Shown: positions 9,035-18,769, counted from the first letter of the stretch. The stretch: 64,000 nucleotides of DNA from Bacteroidales bacterium (GCA_028708845.1 JAQVXZ010000007.1:20898-84897), one strand, 5' to 3'. Made by a program: numbers and translations. The notes: a model not told the origin generated them from the sequence alone.

Positions 9035-10099
9035 ATGCAGTTCTCTCAAATCATTGAACAACACGACTTAATAAATTCACTTATTCGCATTTATGATAAG
9101 CGAAGACTTAGTCATGCACAATTGTTTTTTGGAGAAGAAGGCTCAAAAAGCTTTGCACTAGCATTAGCTTATGCTCAATTTCTCAATTGTAGCAACAAAA
9201 TAAGATTTAAGCCAGAGGACAATATGCCTATAATTGCAGACTCTTGCGGAATATGTCCCTCATGCAAGAAGTTTAAAATCTTATCTCATCCCGACCTTCA
9301 TTTCATTTTTCCTAACACAACAACCAAAAAGTTTGATTCAAAGAATTCATCGGAGCTTCTTATTGGTGAGTTTAGGGAGTTTGTGCTAAAACAAGAAGGT
9401 ATCATTAAACTTAATGATTGGTATGATTTTTTGGATGTGGGCAATAAACAAGGGACAATAAATGTTAGAGATGCTAATAATATTATTAAGGCTTTAAGTG
9501 TTAAGTCTTATGAGGCAAAATATAAAATTATGATTGTTTGGTGTGTTGATAAGCTCTATTATGACGCTGCACCTAAGCTCCTTAAAATATTAGAAGAGCC
9601 CTACGAGGACACAATATTCTTATTAGTTACTGATGATAGGGAAAACATTTTACCTACTATTCTTTCAAGAACTCAATTGGTTAAAATACCAAAATTAAGA
9701 CAGGAATCAGAAACAGAGAATAAGTATTTGCTTCTTTTTGTTGAATGGCTAAGAGCTTGTTTTTTCTATAAATCTAAAATAGTAGATATTGTTAAGATTA
9801 TTGAGAAAGATATTGTTAAGCTTGGAAGAGAAGAACAAAAACAATTTTTGGGATTTGCCTTAGAAGTCTTCCAAAATAGTTTTGCAATTAAAATAGGATT
9901 AACAACAAGTCTTAACTTGCTGGAAAACACTGACGAAAAGTTTAGAGCTAACTTCCCATCATTTATTAATGAGAACAATATAGAGCAAATATATAAAGAA
10001 TTAGATAAAGCAATTTTACATATAGAACGAAATGGTAATGCCAAGATGATTTTTCTTGACCTATCAATTCAATTAGGATTTTTACTGACGATTAAATAA
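9035..10099 (+). CDS. holB: DNA polymerase III delta-prime subunit
   Basis: SHAQLFFGEEGSKSFALALAYAQFLNC, zinc module CGICPSCKK, and KLLKILEEP / SRTQ motifs. Confidence 0.8.
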   Translation: MQFSQIIEQHDLINSLIRIYDKRRLSHAQLFFGEEGSKSFALALAYAQFLNCSNKIRFKPEDNMPIIADSCGICPSCKKFKILSHPDLHFIFPNTTTKKFDSKNSSELLIGEFREFVLKQEGIIKLNDWYDFLDVGNKQGTINVRDANNIIKALSVKSYEAKYKIMIVWCVDKLYYDAAPKLLKILEEPYEDTIFLLVTDDRENILPTILSRTQLVKIPKLRQESETENKYLLLFVEWLRACFFYKSKIVDIVKIIEKDIVKLGREEQKQFLGFALEVFQNSFAIKIGLTTSLNLLENTDEKFRANFPSFINENNIEQIYKELDKAILHIERNGNAKMIFLDLSIQLGFLLTIK

Positions 10100-10101
10100 T
10101 T

Positions 10102-11460
10102 ATGGATAATAGAAGAAGAGATAATACAAGACGTGATAATAGAAGACGTGATAATAGAAGACCTAATATTATTAAAGAAGAAAAGATAATAGATCAAGAT
10201 CAATTGGATTTAGAAAAAAAAGAGCAGGAGCAAGCAGAAGAGGAGTTTGGTGAGGGTGATGATTTAGCACTATCAGATATTCTCGATAAATATTCTGCCC
10301 TTAAAAAGCAATCTATTTGTTTTACTGCCGATGAAGAGAAAGAGATTATTTATGGAGAGCAGTTTTCTCATCCCTATTATGATGATGACCCTATTGTAGG
10401 AAGAAATACTTTTACCCCTTCAATAATGTTGACAAGGGGTTGCATAAATATTCCTCAATCATATGTTCCTATTGACAAAAATGAACTACAAAGAAATGCA
10501 AAGCTATCTGTTCATGACTGGATGAGTAAAATTAAACCTCCATTTGTTGAAAATAACTTTGACTGTGTAGAGGTTAGGTTTAAGAATTCAAGGAAAGAGT
10601 TTTTCAAGCTTCCTGATGGGTTAGAAATAACCGAGGGAGACGTTGTAGCTGTTGAGGGCTCGCCTGGACACGATATAGGCATTGTAACTTTGGTAGGAGA
10701 GCTATGCAGGGTTCAGATGCATAGAAAGAAATTCAGTCCAAATTCCGATACCATCAAAAAACTATATCGTAGAGCAAAGTCAACAGATATTGAGAAATGG
10801 ATTCAATCAATAGAAAGAGAGGATGAAACAATATTCAAGACAAGAGATTTCGTTAATGAACTTGGACTTGATATGAAGATTAATGATGTTGAATACCAAG
10901 GAGACAACACAAAGGCAATATTCTATTATACTGCTGAAGACAGGGTGGACTTTCGTCAACTAATTAAACTTCTAGCAGATGAATTTAGAATTAGAATTGA
11001 GATGAAACAAATTGGAGCACGTCAAGAGGCTTCTCGTCTTGGTGGAATAGGAACTTGTGGCAGGGAACTATGTTGCAGCTCTTGGTTAAATAATTTCAAT
11101 TCTGTTTCAACTCAAGTTGCAAGAGTACAACAGATTTTCCCTAATCCTCAAAAGCTAGCAGGACAATGTGGTAAATTGAAATGTTGCTTGAACTATGAAT
11201 ATGATGTTTACTTAGATGAGCTTAAGACTTTCCCGGAAATTGGAATACCAATACACACACGAAAGGGTAAGGCAAACTATATAAAGACAGATGTTTTCCG
11301 TAGGCTTATGTGGTATGTTTATGAAGGAACTTCTGAATTTATGACGATTTCAGCAGACACAGTTAAAATGCTATTGCAAATGAATAGAAACCGTGAGCCT
11401 ATTGATAATCTTGAAAAATATCAAATTAAGACAGAACCAAAATCGAAATTAAATATCTAA
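10102..11460 (+). CDS. PSP1 domain protein (RicT/YaaT-like)
   Basis: PSP1 C-terminal domain with the Cys cluster GTCGRELCCSSWL...GQCGKLKCCLNYE. It lies immediately downstream of holB, as is common. Confidence 0.8.
   Translation: MDNRRRDNTRRDNRRRDNRRPNIIKEEKIIDQDQLDLEKKEQEQAEEEFGEGDDLALSDILDKYSALKKQSICFTADEEKEIIYGEQFSHPYYDDDPIVGRNTFTPSIMLTRGCINIPQSYVPIDKNELQRNAKLSVHDWMSKIKPPFVENNFDCVEVRFKNSRKEFFKLPDGLEITEGDVVAVEGSPGHDIGIVTLVGELCRVQMHRKKFSPNSDTIKKLYRRAKSTDIEKWIQSIEREDETIFKTRDFVNELGLDMKINDVEYQGDNTKAIFYYTAEDRVDFRQLIKLLADEFRIRIEMKQIGARQEASRLGGIGTCGRELCCSSWLNNFNSVSTQVARVQQIFPNPQKLAGQCGKLKCCLNYEYDVYLDELKTFPEIGIPIHTRKGKANYIKTDVFRRLMWYVYEGTSEFMTISADTVKMLLQMNRNREPIDNLEKYQIKTEPKSKLNI
10105..10164 (+). 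repeat. 4 x 15-nt in-frame tandem repeat (gataatagaagacgt) encoding (D/R)NxRR units
   Basis: Read directly from the sequence; it encodes DNRRRDNTRRDNRRRDNRRP. Confidence 0.8.
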
Positions 11461-11498
11461 ATTTGTTTTTCAATAATAAACCTAATGTAAATAGATAT

Positions 11499-11981
11499 AT
11501 GAACAAGATATTATTTGGACTTATTTTATTTTCTCTAACAATAATGCTTACAAGCTGTAACCCAGATGTTGTTTATGATAAAAGCCAGAAGGTTGATCCA
11601 AAGGGCTGGAATATGAACAAAAAGCTTGAGTTTGATGTTGCAATAGAAGATACTCTAAGGCTTTATGATTTTGCAATAAACATTCGCAATACAACCGACT
11701 ATCCTAACTGTAATATCTTCTTTTTCATTAAAACAATTTATCCTGATGGCTCAATAACCAAATCAGATACTGTTGAATGTTATCTTTCTTATATGGATGG
11801 ATCGTGGACAGGCAAGGGAAGTGGCAAGATAAAAGATAATAGGTTTTGGTTTACTCAAAGAGTTGTTTTCCCACAAAAGGGAGTATATAAATTTGAAATT
11901 GAGCAAGCAACAAGAGATACCAATTTGGTTGGCATTTCCGATGTTGGTTTACATATAGAATACCATAAAGACAGAAAATAA
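11499..11981 (+). CDS. gldH: gliding-motility/T9SS-associated lipoprotein GldH
   Basis: Lipoprotein signal (LTIMLTSC), then W..N....F.F......YDFAINIRNTTDYPNCNIFFFI...DGSWTGKGSG...GVYKFEIEQATRD. This matches my recollection of the GldH family. The ATG at 11499 is preferred over the TTG at 11463. Confidence 0.75.
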   Translation: MNKILFGLILFSLTIMLTSCNPDVVYDKSQKVDPKGWNMNKKLEFDVAIEDTLRLYDFAINIRNTTDYPNCNIFFFIKTIYPDGSITKSDTVECYLSYMDGSWTGKGSGKIKDNRFWFTQRVVFPQKGVYKFEIEQATRDTNLVGISDVGLHIEYHKDRK

Positions 11982-14275
11982 TGGCTCAAAACAAATCGGC
12001 AAATAAAAACAAAAAGAAGACAGCAGACTTCTCCTCTTATGTGAAAATGATGTGGAAGGCTTTTTTTGGACTTCTTATTTTTATTGTGATATTCTTTTTT
12101 GGACTATCCATGGGTTGGCTTGGCTTCATGCCTTCTTTCGAAGAACTGGAAAACCCTAATTCAAACCTAGCCTCAGAAGTATATTCTGCAGACGGAGAGA
12201 TACTAGGATATATTGGAATTCAAAACCGTTCGAACGTTCAGCATTCAGAACTTCCAAAACACCTTATCGATGCCTTAATTGCAACAGAGGACGTTAGGTT
12301 TTTCAGGCATTCAGGAGTTGACTTAAAAAGTCTTTTTAGAGTTTTAGGCAAAACTATTCTTTCGGGCGATAAAGGTTCGGGAGGAGGTAGCACACTAAGC
12401 CAACAACTAGCAAAGAACCTATTCCCAAGAGAAAGAAAATCAAAGGTAGGTCTTGTATACTCTAAGCTAAAGGAATGGGTTGTAGCAATTAAACTTGAAC
12501 GAAACTATACAAAGGACGAAATACTCACAATGTATCTTAATACTGTTGACTTTGGTTCAAACGCATTTGGAATTAAAACCGCTTCAAAAACCTTTTTCAA
12601 TAAACTACCCTCAGAACTTAAGATTGAAGAGGCTGCTGTTTTGATTGGTATGCTTAAAGCTCCTTCAGCCTATTCACCTGTAAGAAAAACAGAACGATCA
12701 AGAGAAAGAAGAAACGTTGTTTTGCTTCAAATGAATAAATATGGTTTCATTCCAGATGCAGACATCGAGGCATTATTGAAAAAACCACTCGATATTTCTC
12801 GTTATAACCCACAATCACACGATGAAGGTATTGCAACCTATTTCCGTGAATATATAAGAAACTATATGAAGGAATGGGGCAAGACGCATAAGAAACAAAA
12901 TGGAGAGCCTTATGATGTTCATAAAGATGGTTTAAGAATATACACGACAATTGATTATAGGATGCAGAGAAATGCTGAAGAGGCAGTTAAGGAACACTTT
13001 AAAGTTCTTCAAAAACAATTCTTCAACCATACCAAAGGCTATGCATTAGCTCCCTTTACAGGTATATCTAAAGACGAGGTAAACAAATTCTACATTCAAG
13101 CAATGAAGAACTCCGACAGATATCATAATATGCAACAAGAAGGATATAGCGAGAAAGAAATTAGAGATGAGTTTGACAAGAAGGTTGAAATGAGAGTATT
13201 TACTTGGCAAGGATCAAGAGATACCATTATGAGCCCTTGGGATTCATTAAGATATTATAAACACTTCCTCAATACTGCAATGGTTTCAATAGAACCTCAA
13301 ACAGGTCACGTAAAGGTCTATATTGGAGGAATCAACTATAAGTATTTCAAATACGATAACGCAATGTTAGGAAGGCGTCAGGTTGGTTCTACTTTCAAAC
13401 CATTTGTTTATGCATCGGCAATGAAGGAAAATGAATTATCACCTTGCTTCTCACTTCCAAATATCCCGGTTACTTTCGAAAACTACGATGACTGGACACC
13501 TAAGAACTCCAACACAGCAAGAGAAGGGGAGATGATTACCCTTAAATGGGCACTTGCCAATTCTGTCAACTACATTTCTGCAAACCTAATGAAAAACTAT
13601 ACCACTCCTAATTCTGTTATTTCACTAGTAAGGAAAATGGGCATAAAATCACCTATACCTGCCGTTCCTTCAATTTGTTTAGGCACAAGTGACTTATCAG
13701 TAATGGAAATGGCACAAGCAATGGCAACCTTTGCAAATAAAGGAACCCATATAGAGCCTGTATTTATTACTAAAATAACAGACAATAAGGGTGTAGTATT
13801 AGATATCACAGAAACAAAATCAAATGTAGCACTTGACGAACAAACCTCATATATGGTATTAGACCTAATGAAAGGCGTTGTTGAAAGTGGTACAGGAGGA
13901 AGACTAAGATATGTCTATGGGCTAAGAAGTGTAATTGCTGGTAAAACAGGAACAACCGACAATAATTCCGATGGATGGTTTATTGGTATCAATCCTCGCC
14001 TTGCAACTGCCGTTTGGACAGGAGGAGAGGTGCGTTCAATTCACTTCCGCTCAACAGCACTTGGACAAGGAGCCTCAATGGCTCTGCCGGTATATGGTTT
14101 GTTTATGAAAAAATGCGAAAGCGACAATACATTAAAATTCTATCAAGGTGACTTCATTAAACCAGAAGCTATGAATATTGAAATGGATTGTTCAAAATAC
14201 TTAGAGGAAATCAATACCGACTACTCAACCCAATCAAGAAAAACAATAAGTTCCGAATACGAAAAGAACTGGTAG
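11981..14275 (+). CDS. mrcA: penicillin-binding protein 1A (bifunctional glycosyltransferase/transpeptidase)
   Basis: GT51 motifs (EDVRFFRHSGVD, GGSTLSQQLAKN, RKLKE-like) and transpeptidase motifs (STFKP, SVN, KTGTT). Confidence 0.9.
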   Translation: MAQNKSANKNKKKTADFSSYVKMMWKAFFGLLIFIVIFFFGLSMGWLGFMPSFEELENPNSNLASEVYSADGEILGYIGIQNRSNVQHSELPKHLIDALIATEDVRFFRHSGVDLKSLFRVLGKTILSGDKGSGGGSTLSQQLAKNLFPRERKSKVGLVYSKLKEWVVAIKLERNYTKDEILTMYLNTVDFGSNAFGIKTASKTFFNKLPSELKIEEAAVLIGMLKAPSAYSPVRKTERSRERRNVVLLQMNKYGFIPDADIEALLKKPLDISRYNPQSHDEGIATYFREYIRNYMKEWGKTHKKQNGEPYDVHKDGLRIYTTIDYRMQRNAEEAVKEHFKVLQKQFFNHTKGYALAPFTGISKDEVNKFYIQAMKNSDRYHNMQQEGYSEKEIRDEFDKKVEMRVFTWQGSRDTIMSPWDSLRYYKHFLNTAMVSIEPQTGHVKVYIGGINYKYFKYDNAMLGRRQVGSTFKPFVYASAMKENELSPCFSLPNIPVTFENYDDWTPKNSNTAREGEMITLKWALANSVNYISANLMKNYTTPNSVISLVRKMGIKSPIPAVPSICLGTSDLSVMEMAQAMATFANKGTHIEPVFITKITDNKGVVLDITETKSNVALDEQTSYMVLDLMKGVVESGTGGRLRYVYGLRSVIAGKTGTTDNNSDGWFIGINPRLATAVWTGGEVRSIHFRSTALGQGASMALPVYGLFMKKCESDNTLKFYQGDFIKPEAMNIEMDCSKYLEEINTDYSTQSRKTISSEYEKNW

Positions 14276-14353
14276 TCTACTAAAAAAACCATAAAAAAAA
14301 GGTTCGTATTTATGATACAAACCCTTTAGTCTTTTTATTGAAAAACAAAGTCT

Positions 14354-14926
14354 CTATTTGCTTTTTTCTCTTGCTTTTAGAACTTCATTGATTTCTGGTT
14401 CAATTTCCCTAAGCTTGTTAATAGTGGTTCTTGAAACCTTATACTTTTCGTAAACACTATTAAGCGACATTCCTCTTTTAAGGTCTTTAAGGATAGCATC
14501 CTTGCGTCTCTTCATTTTGTTTAACTTAACAGTGCTTCCTTCTTTTCTTCCAAGTTTTATACCCTGATCTTTCATTTTTTGAATATACTCTTTTGATTTC
14601 TTAGAGCGGTATTCACAAAAACTAGTATAAAGTTCGATTAGAATACTTAGATTCTTTGATTTTTTTGCATCAAAACAATGGTCATCCTCAACACTATAAA
14701 TAAGTATATTGTGATGAGCACAGTGTCTTATTACGTTGAAAATACTTTGAGGATCTTCCCCTAACTCATAAATGTTCTTAACAAAAAGAACATCATCAGG
14801 AGTTAAAGTAGTTATCAAATCCTGGTTTTGATAAAACACATTGATGTTCATGCCTAATTCTTTAGCATAGTTAGATATAGCCTCCATTGTAGCGATATCA
14901 TTATTTTTTAAATAAGCTATATTCAT
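14354..14926 (-). CDS. serine-recombinase (resolvase/invertase)-like protein lacking catalytic residues, with a C-terminal HTH
   Basis: Collinear with small resolvases: DDVLFVKNIYELGEDPQSIFNVI..NILIYSVEDD; ...GIKLGRKEG...; HTH LNSVYEKYKVSRTTINKL. The YxRVSTxxQ motif is replaced by YLKNNDIAT, and DRLGR by YELGE. Confidence 0.6.
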   Translation of the reverse strand: MNIAYLKNNDIATMEAISNYAKELGMNINVFYQNQDLITTLTPDDVLFVKNIYELGEDPQSIFNVIRHCAHHNILIYSVEDDHCFDAKKSKNLSILIELYTSFCEYRSKKSKEYIQKMKDQGIKLGRKEGSTVKLNKMKRRKDAILKDLKRGMSLNSVYEKYKVSRTTINKLREIEPEINEVLKAREKSK

Positions 14927-14987
14927 AATAAAATATATAAAATAATTAATTAACCCCCCACCATAAAAAACATAGTGGACAACACGA

Positions 14988-14995
14988 CAAAGTTA
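14988..14995 (-). promoter_or_regulatory. -7 box TAACTTTG
   Basis: 61 nt upstream of the ATG at 14926. Confidence 0.35.
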
Positions 14996-15469
14996 GATAA
15001 AAAAAACGATTATACCAATCAAATAATAAGAAAAGATAGCAATGATTAAATGTTTCAATGCTTATAGTGTTTGTAATCAGTATGTTGTCTTGAAAAATAA
15101 ACTTAGAAACAATTCCACTTATCTCTAATAAATCATATTTTTTGGTCTAAAAACACATATTTTTCTTGATTTAATCAGAATTTATAATTGGTTTTACTGA
15201 TAAAACAACTAAGAAACAGCCAAAATATAGTGTAAATTCACTTTTTTCAATCCTCTTCTTAACTAATTCATATAATGATATATAAATAGTATAAATCATT
15301 TGTTTGAACTTAGACGGATTAATGAATAGTATTTAATGCCTCAAAGACTATCTCAAGACCCTTTTTTTTAGGTATGAGCTTAAAATGTGAACATCTTTCA
15401 TACTAAAAGAAACGCAATATTTGGACTTTAAATATTTCTTTTTTTTATGAATAAATATGATTATGATAA

Positions 15470-15595
15470 AATGAAACGCAGAGTTAGGAAATTAAAACGA
15501 AGAAAGAATTTGCTGAAACGAAGAAAGAGTTTCTTGAAACGAAGAAAGAATTTCTTGAAACGAAGTTTCAGTAACCTAATGCGCAGAGTTGATGA
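15470..15595 (-). repeat. 21-bp-period tandem repeat array, locus B (about 6 units)
   Basis: The + strand reads atgaaacgcagagttaggaa attaaaacgaagaaagaatttgct gaaacgaagaaagagtttctt gaaacgaagaaagaatttctt gaaacgaagtttcag. It ends 20 nt from the stop of the 15615 gene. Confidence 0.85.
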
Positions 15596-15614
15596 CTTTA
15601 GCCTATTTTAGCAC

Positions 15615-16076
15615 TTAGTTGAGCTGGCTTCCATATTCTCTTAGCGATCTTGCAGCGTGCTTGCTTGCAGAATCGATTATGGAATCTAGGCATTTGTTGA
15701 TATGTTCTGAAAAGTCGAGGGATTCGTCTTGAATAACTATTTTATCTAATAATACTTTGCGGTTGAGGTTTACTACCTGTATTATCATAAATAGACTCAT
15801 TGGATTTACTTTTATGGTAATGGTTTTTTCGGTGAATCCATATACTTCGAATGTTTGGGGAGGGGTGAAGTTGTTAATCTCTTTTTCAGATTCTTCAATT
15901 AATGCATCGATGCAATATGTCATTTCTTCTAGTAATGGTTTCACTGTTCCTATGCCTGCTTTATGCATCCATTCTATTAGTACATCCAAATTGGTTTTCA
16001 CTACTTGTGAGAGTGCATATAGGATTGCTGGGGCTGCCTCAATTTTAACTTTTTCTCTAAATAGTATTGCATTCAT
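15615..16076 (-). CDS. hypothetical protein (153 aa) with an internal duplication
   Basis: ORF 24 nt downstream of hemW on the same strand. The segments EAAPAILYALSQVVKTNLDVLIEWM and KVNPMSLFMIIQVVNLNRKVLLDKI look like two copies of one unit. Confidence 0.5.
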   Translation of the reverse strand: MNAILFREKVKIEAAPAILYALSQVVKTNLDVLIEWMHKAGIGTVKPLLEEMTYCIDALIEESEKEINNFTPPQTFEVYGFTEKTITIKVNPMSLFMIIQVVNLNRKVLLDKIVIQDESLDFSEHINKCLDSIIDSASKHAARSLREYGSQLN

Positions 16077-16099
16077 GGTCTTTGGGTTTTAATGATTCG

Positions 16100-17251
16100 T
16101 TATTTCATTAGCTTTAGTGCTACGGTATTTGCTATATGTTCTCCTTCTTGGGTTAAGGTATAGTTGTTATTAGTCTTTTCTATTAGTTTGTCCTTTAGAA
16201 GGCTTTGGGCTTGGTTCTGGAAGTGTTTTGAATAAGAAAGAGGGAAGGTGCTTTCAATATAGCTTGAATCTAGTCCTTCTTTTATCCTTGTGCCTACTAT
16301 TATATATTCATTATACTTATCTTTTATGCTTAGAGATTCTTTTTCGTAATAGGCTTCATTTTTGTTTATCTTTTCTATATATTCATTCAAATCCGATACG
16401 TTCCAGCGTCTTTCTTCTAGGTTATAGCTATGTGCTGATGCTCCAAGTCCTATATAGGGAATGTTATTCCAATAGGATGAATTGTGTTTTGAGCGAAATG
16501 CTGATTCTTTGTTTTTTAATTCTTTGCTTAGAGATGCAAAGCTAGATGTTTCATAATGTTCAAATCCATTCTTAGTTAAATAATCTATCGTTAGGTCGTA
16601 TTGTTCTATTTGTTCTTCTTCTTTTGGAAGTATTAGTTTGCCTTTTTCAATTAGCTTATCTAAGACAGTGTCTTTTTCTACCATTAAACTATAAGCTGAT
16701 ATATGTTGGATATCTAAACCTTTTGCAATTTCTAGATTGTTTAACAATTTCTCGTTATCCATTTGAGGAAGGTTGTAAATTAGATCTATGCTTATATTGT
16801 TTATGCCTAAGTCTTGGGCTTGTTTAACTGCTCTTATTGCATCTTCCTTGCTATGCTTCCTCCCAATTGTTTCTAAATCTTTATTGTCGAAAGACTGTAT
16901 TCCTATGCTTAGTCTATTGATTGGAGTATTATTAACTAGATGCTCAAGATAGTCTTGGCTTAGGTTTTCGGGATTAGCTTCAATTGTTATTTCGCTTAGG
17001 TTAAATAGTTCTTTGTCTTTTAAGATATTAGAAAATAGATAGCTTATCTCTTCTTTTCTTAGGGTAGTGGGTGTTCCTCCTCCTATATATAATGTTGTAA
17101 TTGGCTCTTTTATTTCCTCTTTCCTATGCTCAAACTCTTTTATCAATGCATCAATATATTCTTTCTTCCCCTCTCTTGTTGCAGAGGAATAGAAGTCGCA
17201 ATATATGCACCTTTGTTTGCAATATGGTATATGTATATAGAGTCCTGACAT
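16100..17251 (-). CDS. hemW: radical SAM heme chaperone HemW (HemN-like, oxygen-independent coproporphyrinogen oxidase family)
   Basis: N-terminal LYIHIPYCKQRCIYCDF (CxxxCxxC radical SAM motif), GGGTP, and a HemN C-terminal domain. Confidence 0.85.
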   Translation of the reverse strand: MSGLYIHIPYCKQRCIYCDFYSSATREGKKEYIDALIKEFEHRKEEIKEPITTLYIGGGTPTTLRKEEISYLFSNILKDKELFNLSEITIEANPENLSQDYLEHLVNNTPINRLSIGIQSFDNKDLETIGRKHSKEDAIRAVKQAQDLGINNISIDLIYNLPQMDNEKLLNNLEIAKGLDIQHISAYSLMVEKDTVLDKLIEKGKLILPKEEEQIEQYDLTIDYLTKNGFEHYETSSFASLSKELKNKESAFRSKHNSSYWNNIPYIGLGASAHSYNLEERRWNVSDLNEYIEKINKNEAYYEKESLSIKDKYNEYIIVGTRIKEGLDSSYIESTFPLSYSKHFQNQAQSLLKDKLIEKTNNNYTLTQEGEHIANTVALKLMK

Positions 17252-17255
17252 TGTA

Positions 17256-18761
17256 TTAAAAATCTTCTTTATGGAAGGTTATACGAAATGTAGTGCCTTT
17301 ACCTAGTGAGGATTGTTTTACGAATATTTTCCCTTTATGGTATTCCTCTATTATTCTTTTTGCAAGCGAAAGTCCAAGTCCCCATCCTCTTTTCTTGGAT
17401 GTGAAGCCTGGTTGGAAGATATTCTTTTGGCAGTTCTTAGGTATTCCCTTACCTGTATCGGAAACATCAAGGTGTATTTTCTTTGTTTCATCTATTAACT
17501 CAATACTAAACACGCCTATTCCACCCATTGCATCAATTGCGTTTTTGCATAGGTTTTCTAGCACCCATTCCAAAAGATATTCGTTAAGAGGTAAAATAAT
17601 TGCTTTGTCTTGTGGAAGAATCAACTTGAAATCAACCTTCTTAGAACTCCTTGTCCTTAAGTATTCAACAGCATTATTAATAATTGGAACAAGGTCTTGT
17701 TTTGTTAGCTCTGGATTGGAGCCTATCTTAGAAAACCTTTGAGTTATAGTCTCTAGACGATGAATATCTTTTGTAATCTCCTTGCATGAGGATTCATTCT
17801 CTGGATTAAGCTTTAAGTATTCCACCCATGCCATAAGTGAAGAAATAGGAGTGCCGAGCTGGTGTGCAGTTTCCCTACTCATACCCACCCAAACCGAGTT
17901 TTGTTCAGAGCGTTTTATGGCATTGAAGAGCTGGTAGGCAATAAAGATAATAATTAAGGCAATAACTATAAAGAATATCGGATAATACTTAAGAACTTTT
18001 AGGATATTGGATTCCTCATAGAAAACATAGGCGTTTCTTTTGTCAGGAAGTGTAATAAGTATTGGCTTATTTACAGCCTGCATTTGGTTAAGTGTAAGCT
18101 GAAGATTTCCCTGAGTTATCTTGCTGGGGTTAACATTCCCCGACGAATACACAATGGTTCTGGTAGTGTCGGTAATAATAACAGGAACAAAAACATAGTT
18201 AACCGTTACCTCGTCAATAAGAGATTTGGAAAGGTCTAAAAGCACATTGTGAAGATTAGTATAGACCCTACTTTCGGTGTAGTAGAGCTTAAACTTCATA
18301 CCATAAACCTCATATTCGAGTGGAGGGTTTTGGGAGAATTCCTTATATAAATCACCAACAAGTACCTTATAATTCTTGGGTAAGTTCACATTTTGGGAAA
18401 GAGATATATTATTAAACTCATCCGTTATAATAACAGGAATAGTTCTGTTGTCAGAAATAAAGCGGAAATAGAAATCAAGTTCCTTGTCTAAGGGTTGTTG
18501 TAGGATGATTTTGTGGGCTTCAATAAATTGCTCTACCCTTTTTCTTTCCTCTTCCTTTACCTGCTTAAAGAACTTTTCAGTATGTTGAACAAGGTCTGAT
18601 TTTCTGCTAATGGTATTAGCCCATAATTCAATTTTTTTCTTTTCCTCTATTCTTAGTTGGGAGATTAGTTTGTTAACCTCCCATAGGAAGTATCCTATCA
18701 ATGCAAAGGCAATGATAAAGAGTATCCATTTTAGTTTTGAGTTTTGTTCAAATATCTTCAT
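17256..18761 (-). CDS. sensor histidine kinase (two TM segments, periplasmic domain, HisKA + HATPase_c)
   Basis: H-box SRETAHQLGTPISSL, N-box ENLCKNAIDAM, G-boxes DTGKGI and GWGLGLSLAK. Confidence 0.85.
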   Translation of the reverse strand: MKIFEQNSKLKWILFIIAFALIGYFLWEVNKLISQLRIEEKKKIELWANTISRKSDLVQHTEKFFKQVKEEERKRVEQFIEAHKIILQQPLDKELDFYFRFISDNRTIPVIITDEFNNISLSQNVNLPKNYKVLVGDLYKEFSQNPPLEYEVYGMKFKLYYTESRVYTNLHNVLLDLSKSLIDEVTVNYVFVPVIITDTTRTIVYSSGNVNPSKITQGNLQLTLNQMQAVNKPILITLPDKRNAYVFYEESNILKVLKYYPIFFIVIALIIIFIAYQLFNAIKRSEQNSVWVGMSRETAHQLGTPISSLMAWVEYLKLNPENESSCKEITKDIHRLETITQRFSKIGSNPELTKQDLVPIINNAVEYLRTRSSKKVDFKLILPQDKAIILPLNEYLLEWVLENLCKNAIDAMGGIGVFSIELIDETKKIHLDVSDTGKGIPKNCQKNIFQPGFTSKKRGWGLGLSLAKRIIEEYHKGKIFVKQSSLGKGTTFRITFHKEDF

Positions 18762-18769
18762 TCTGAAAG

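Noticed and set aside
14354-14926. The resolvase-like gene as an active invertase controlling the nearby repeats or the R-M locus
   Set aside because: The catalytic Ser and the conserved Arg residues are absent. No flanking inverted repeats were found, and the R-M locus is 14 kb away.
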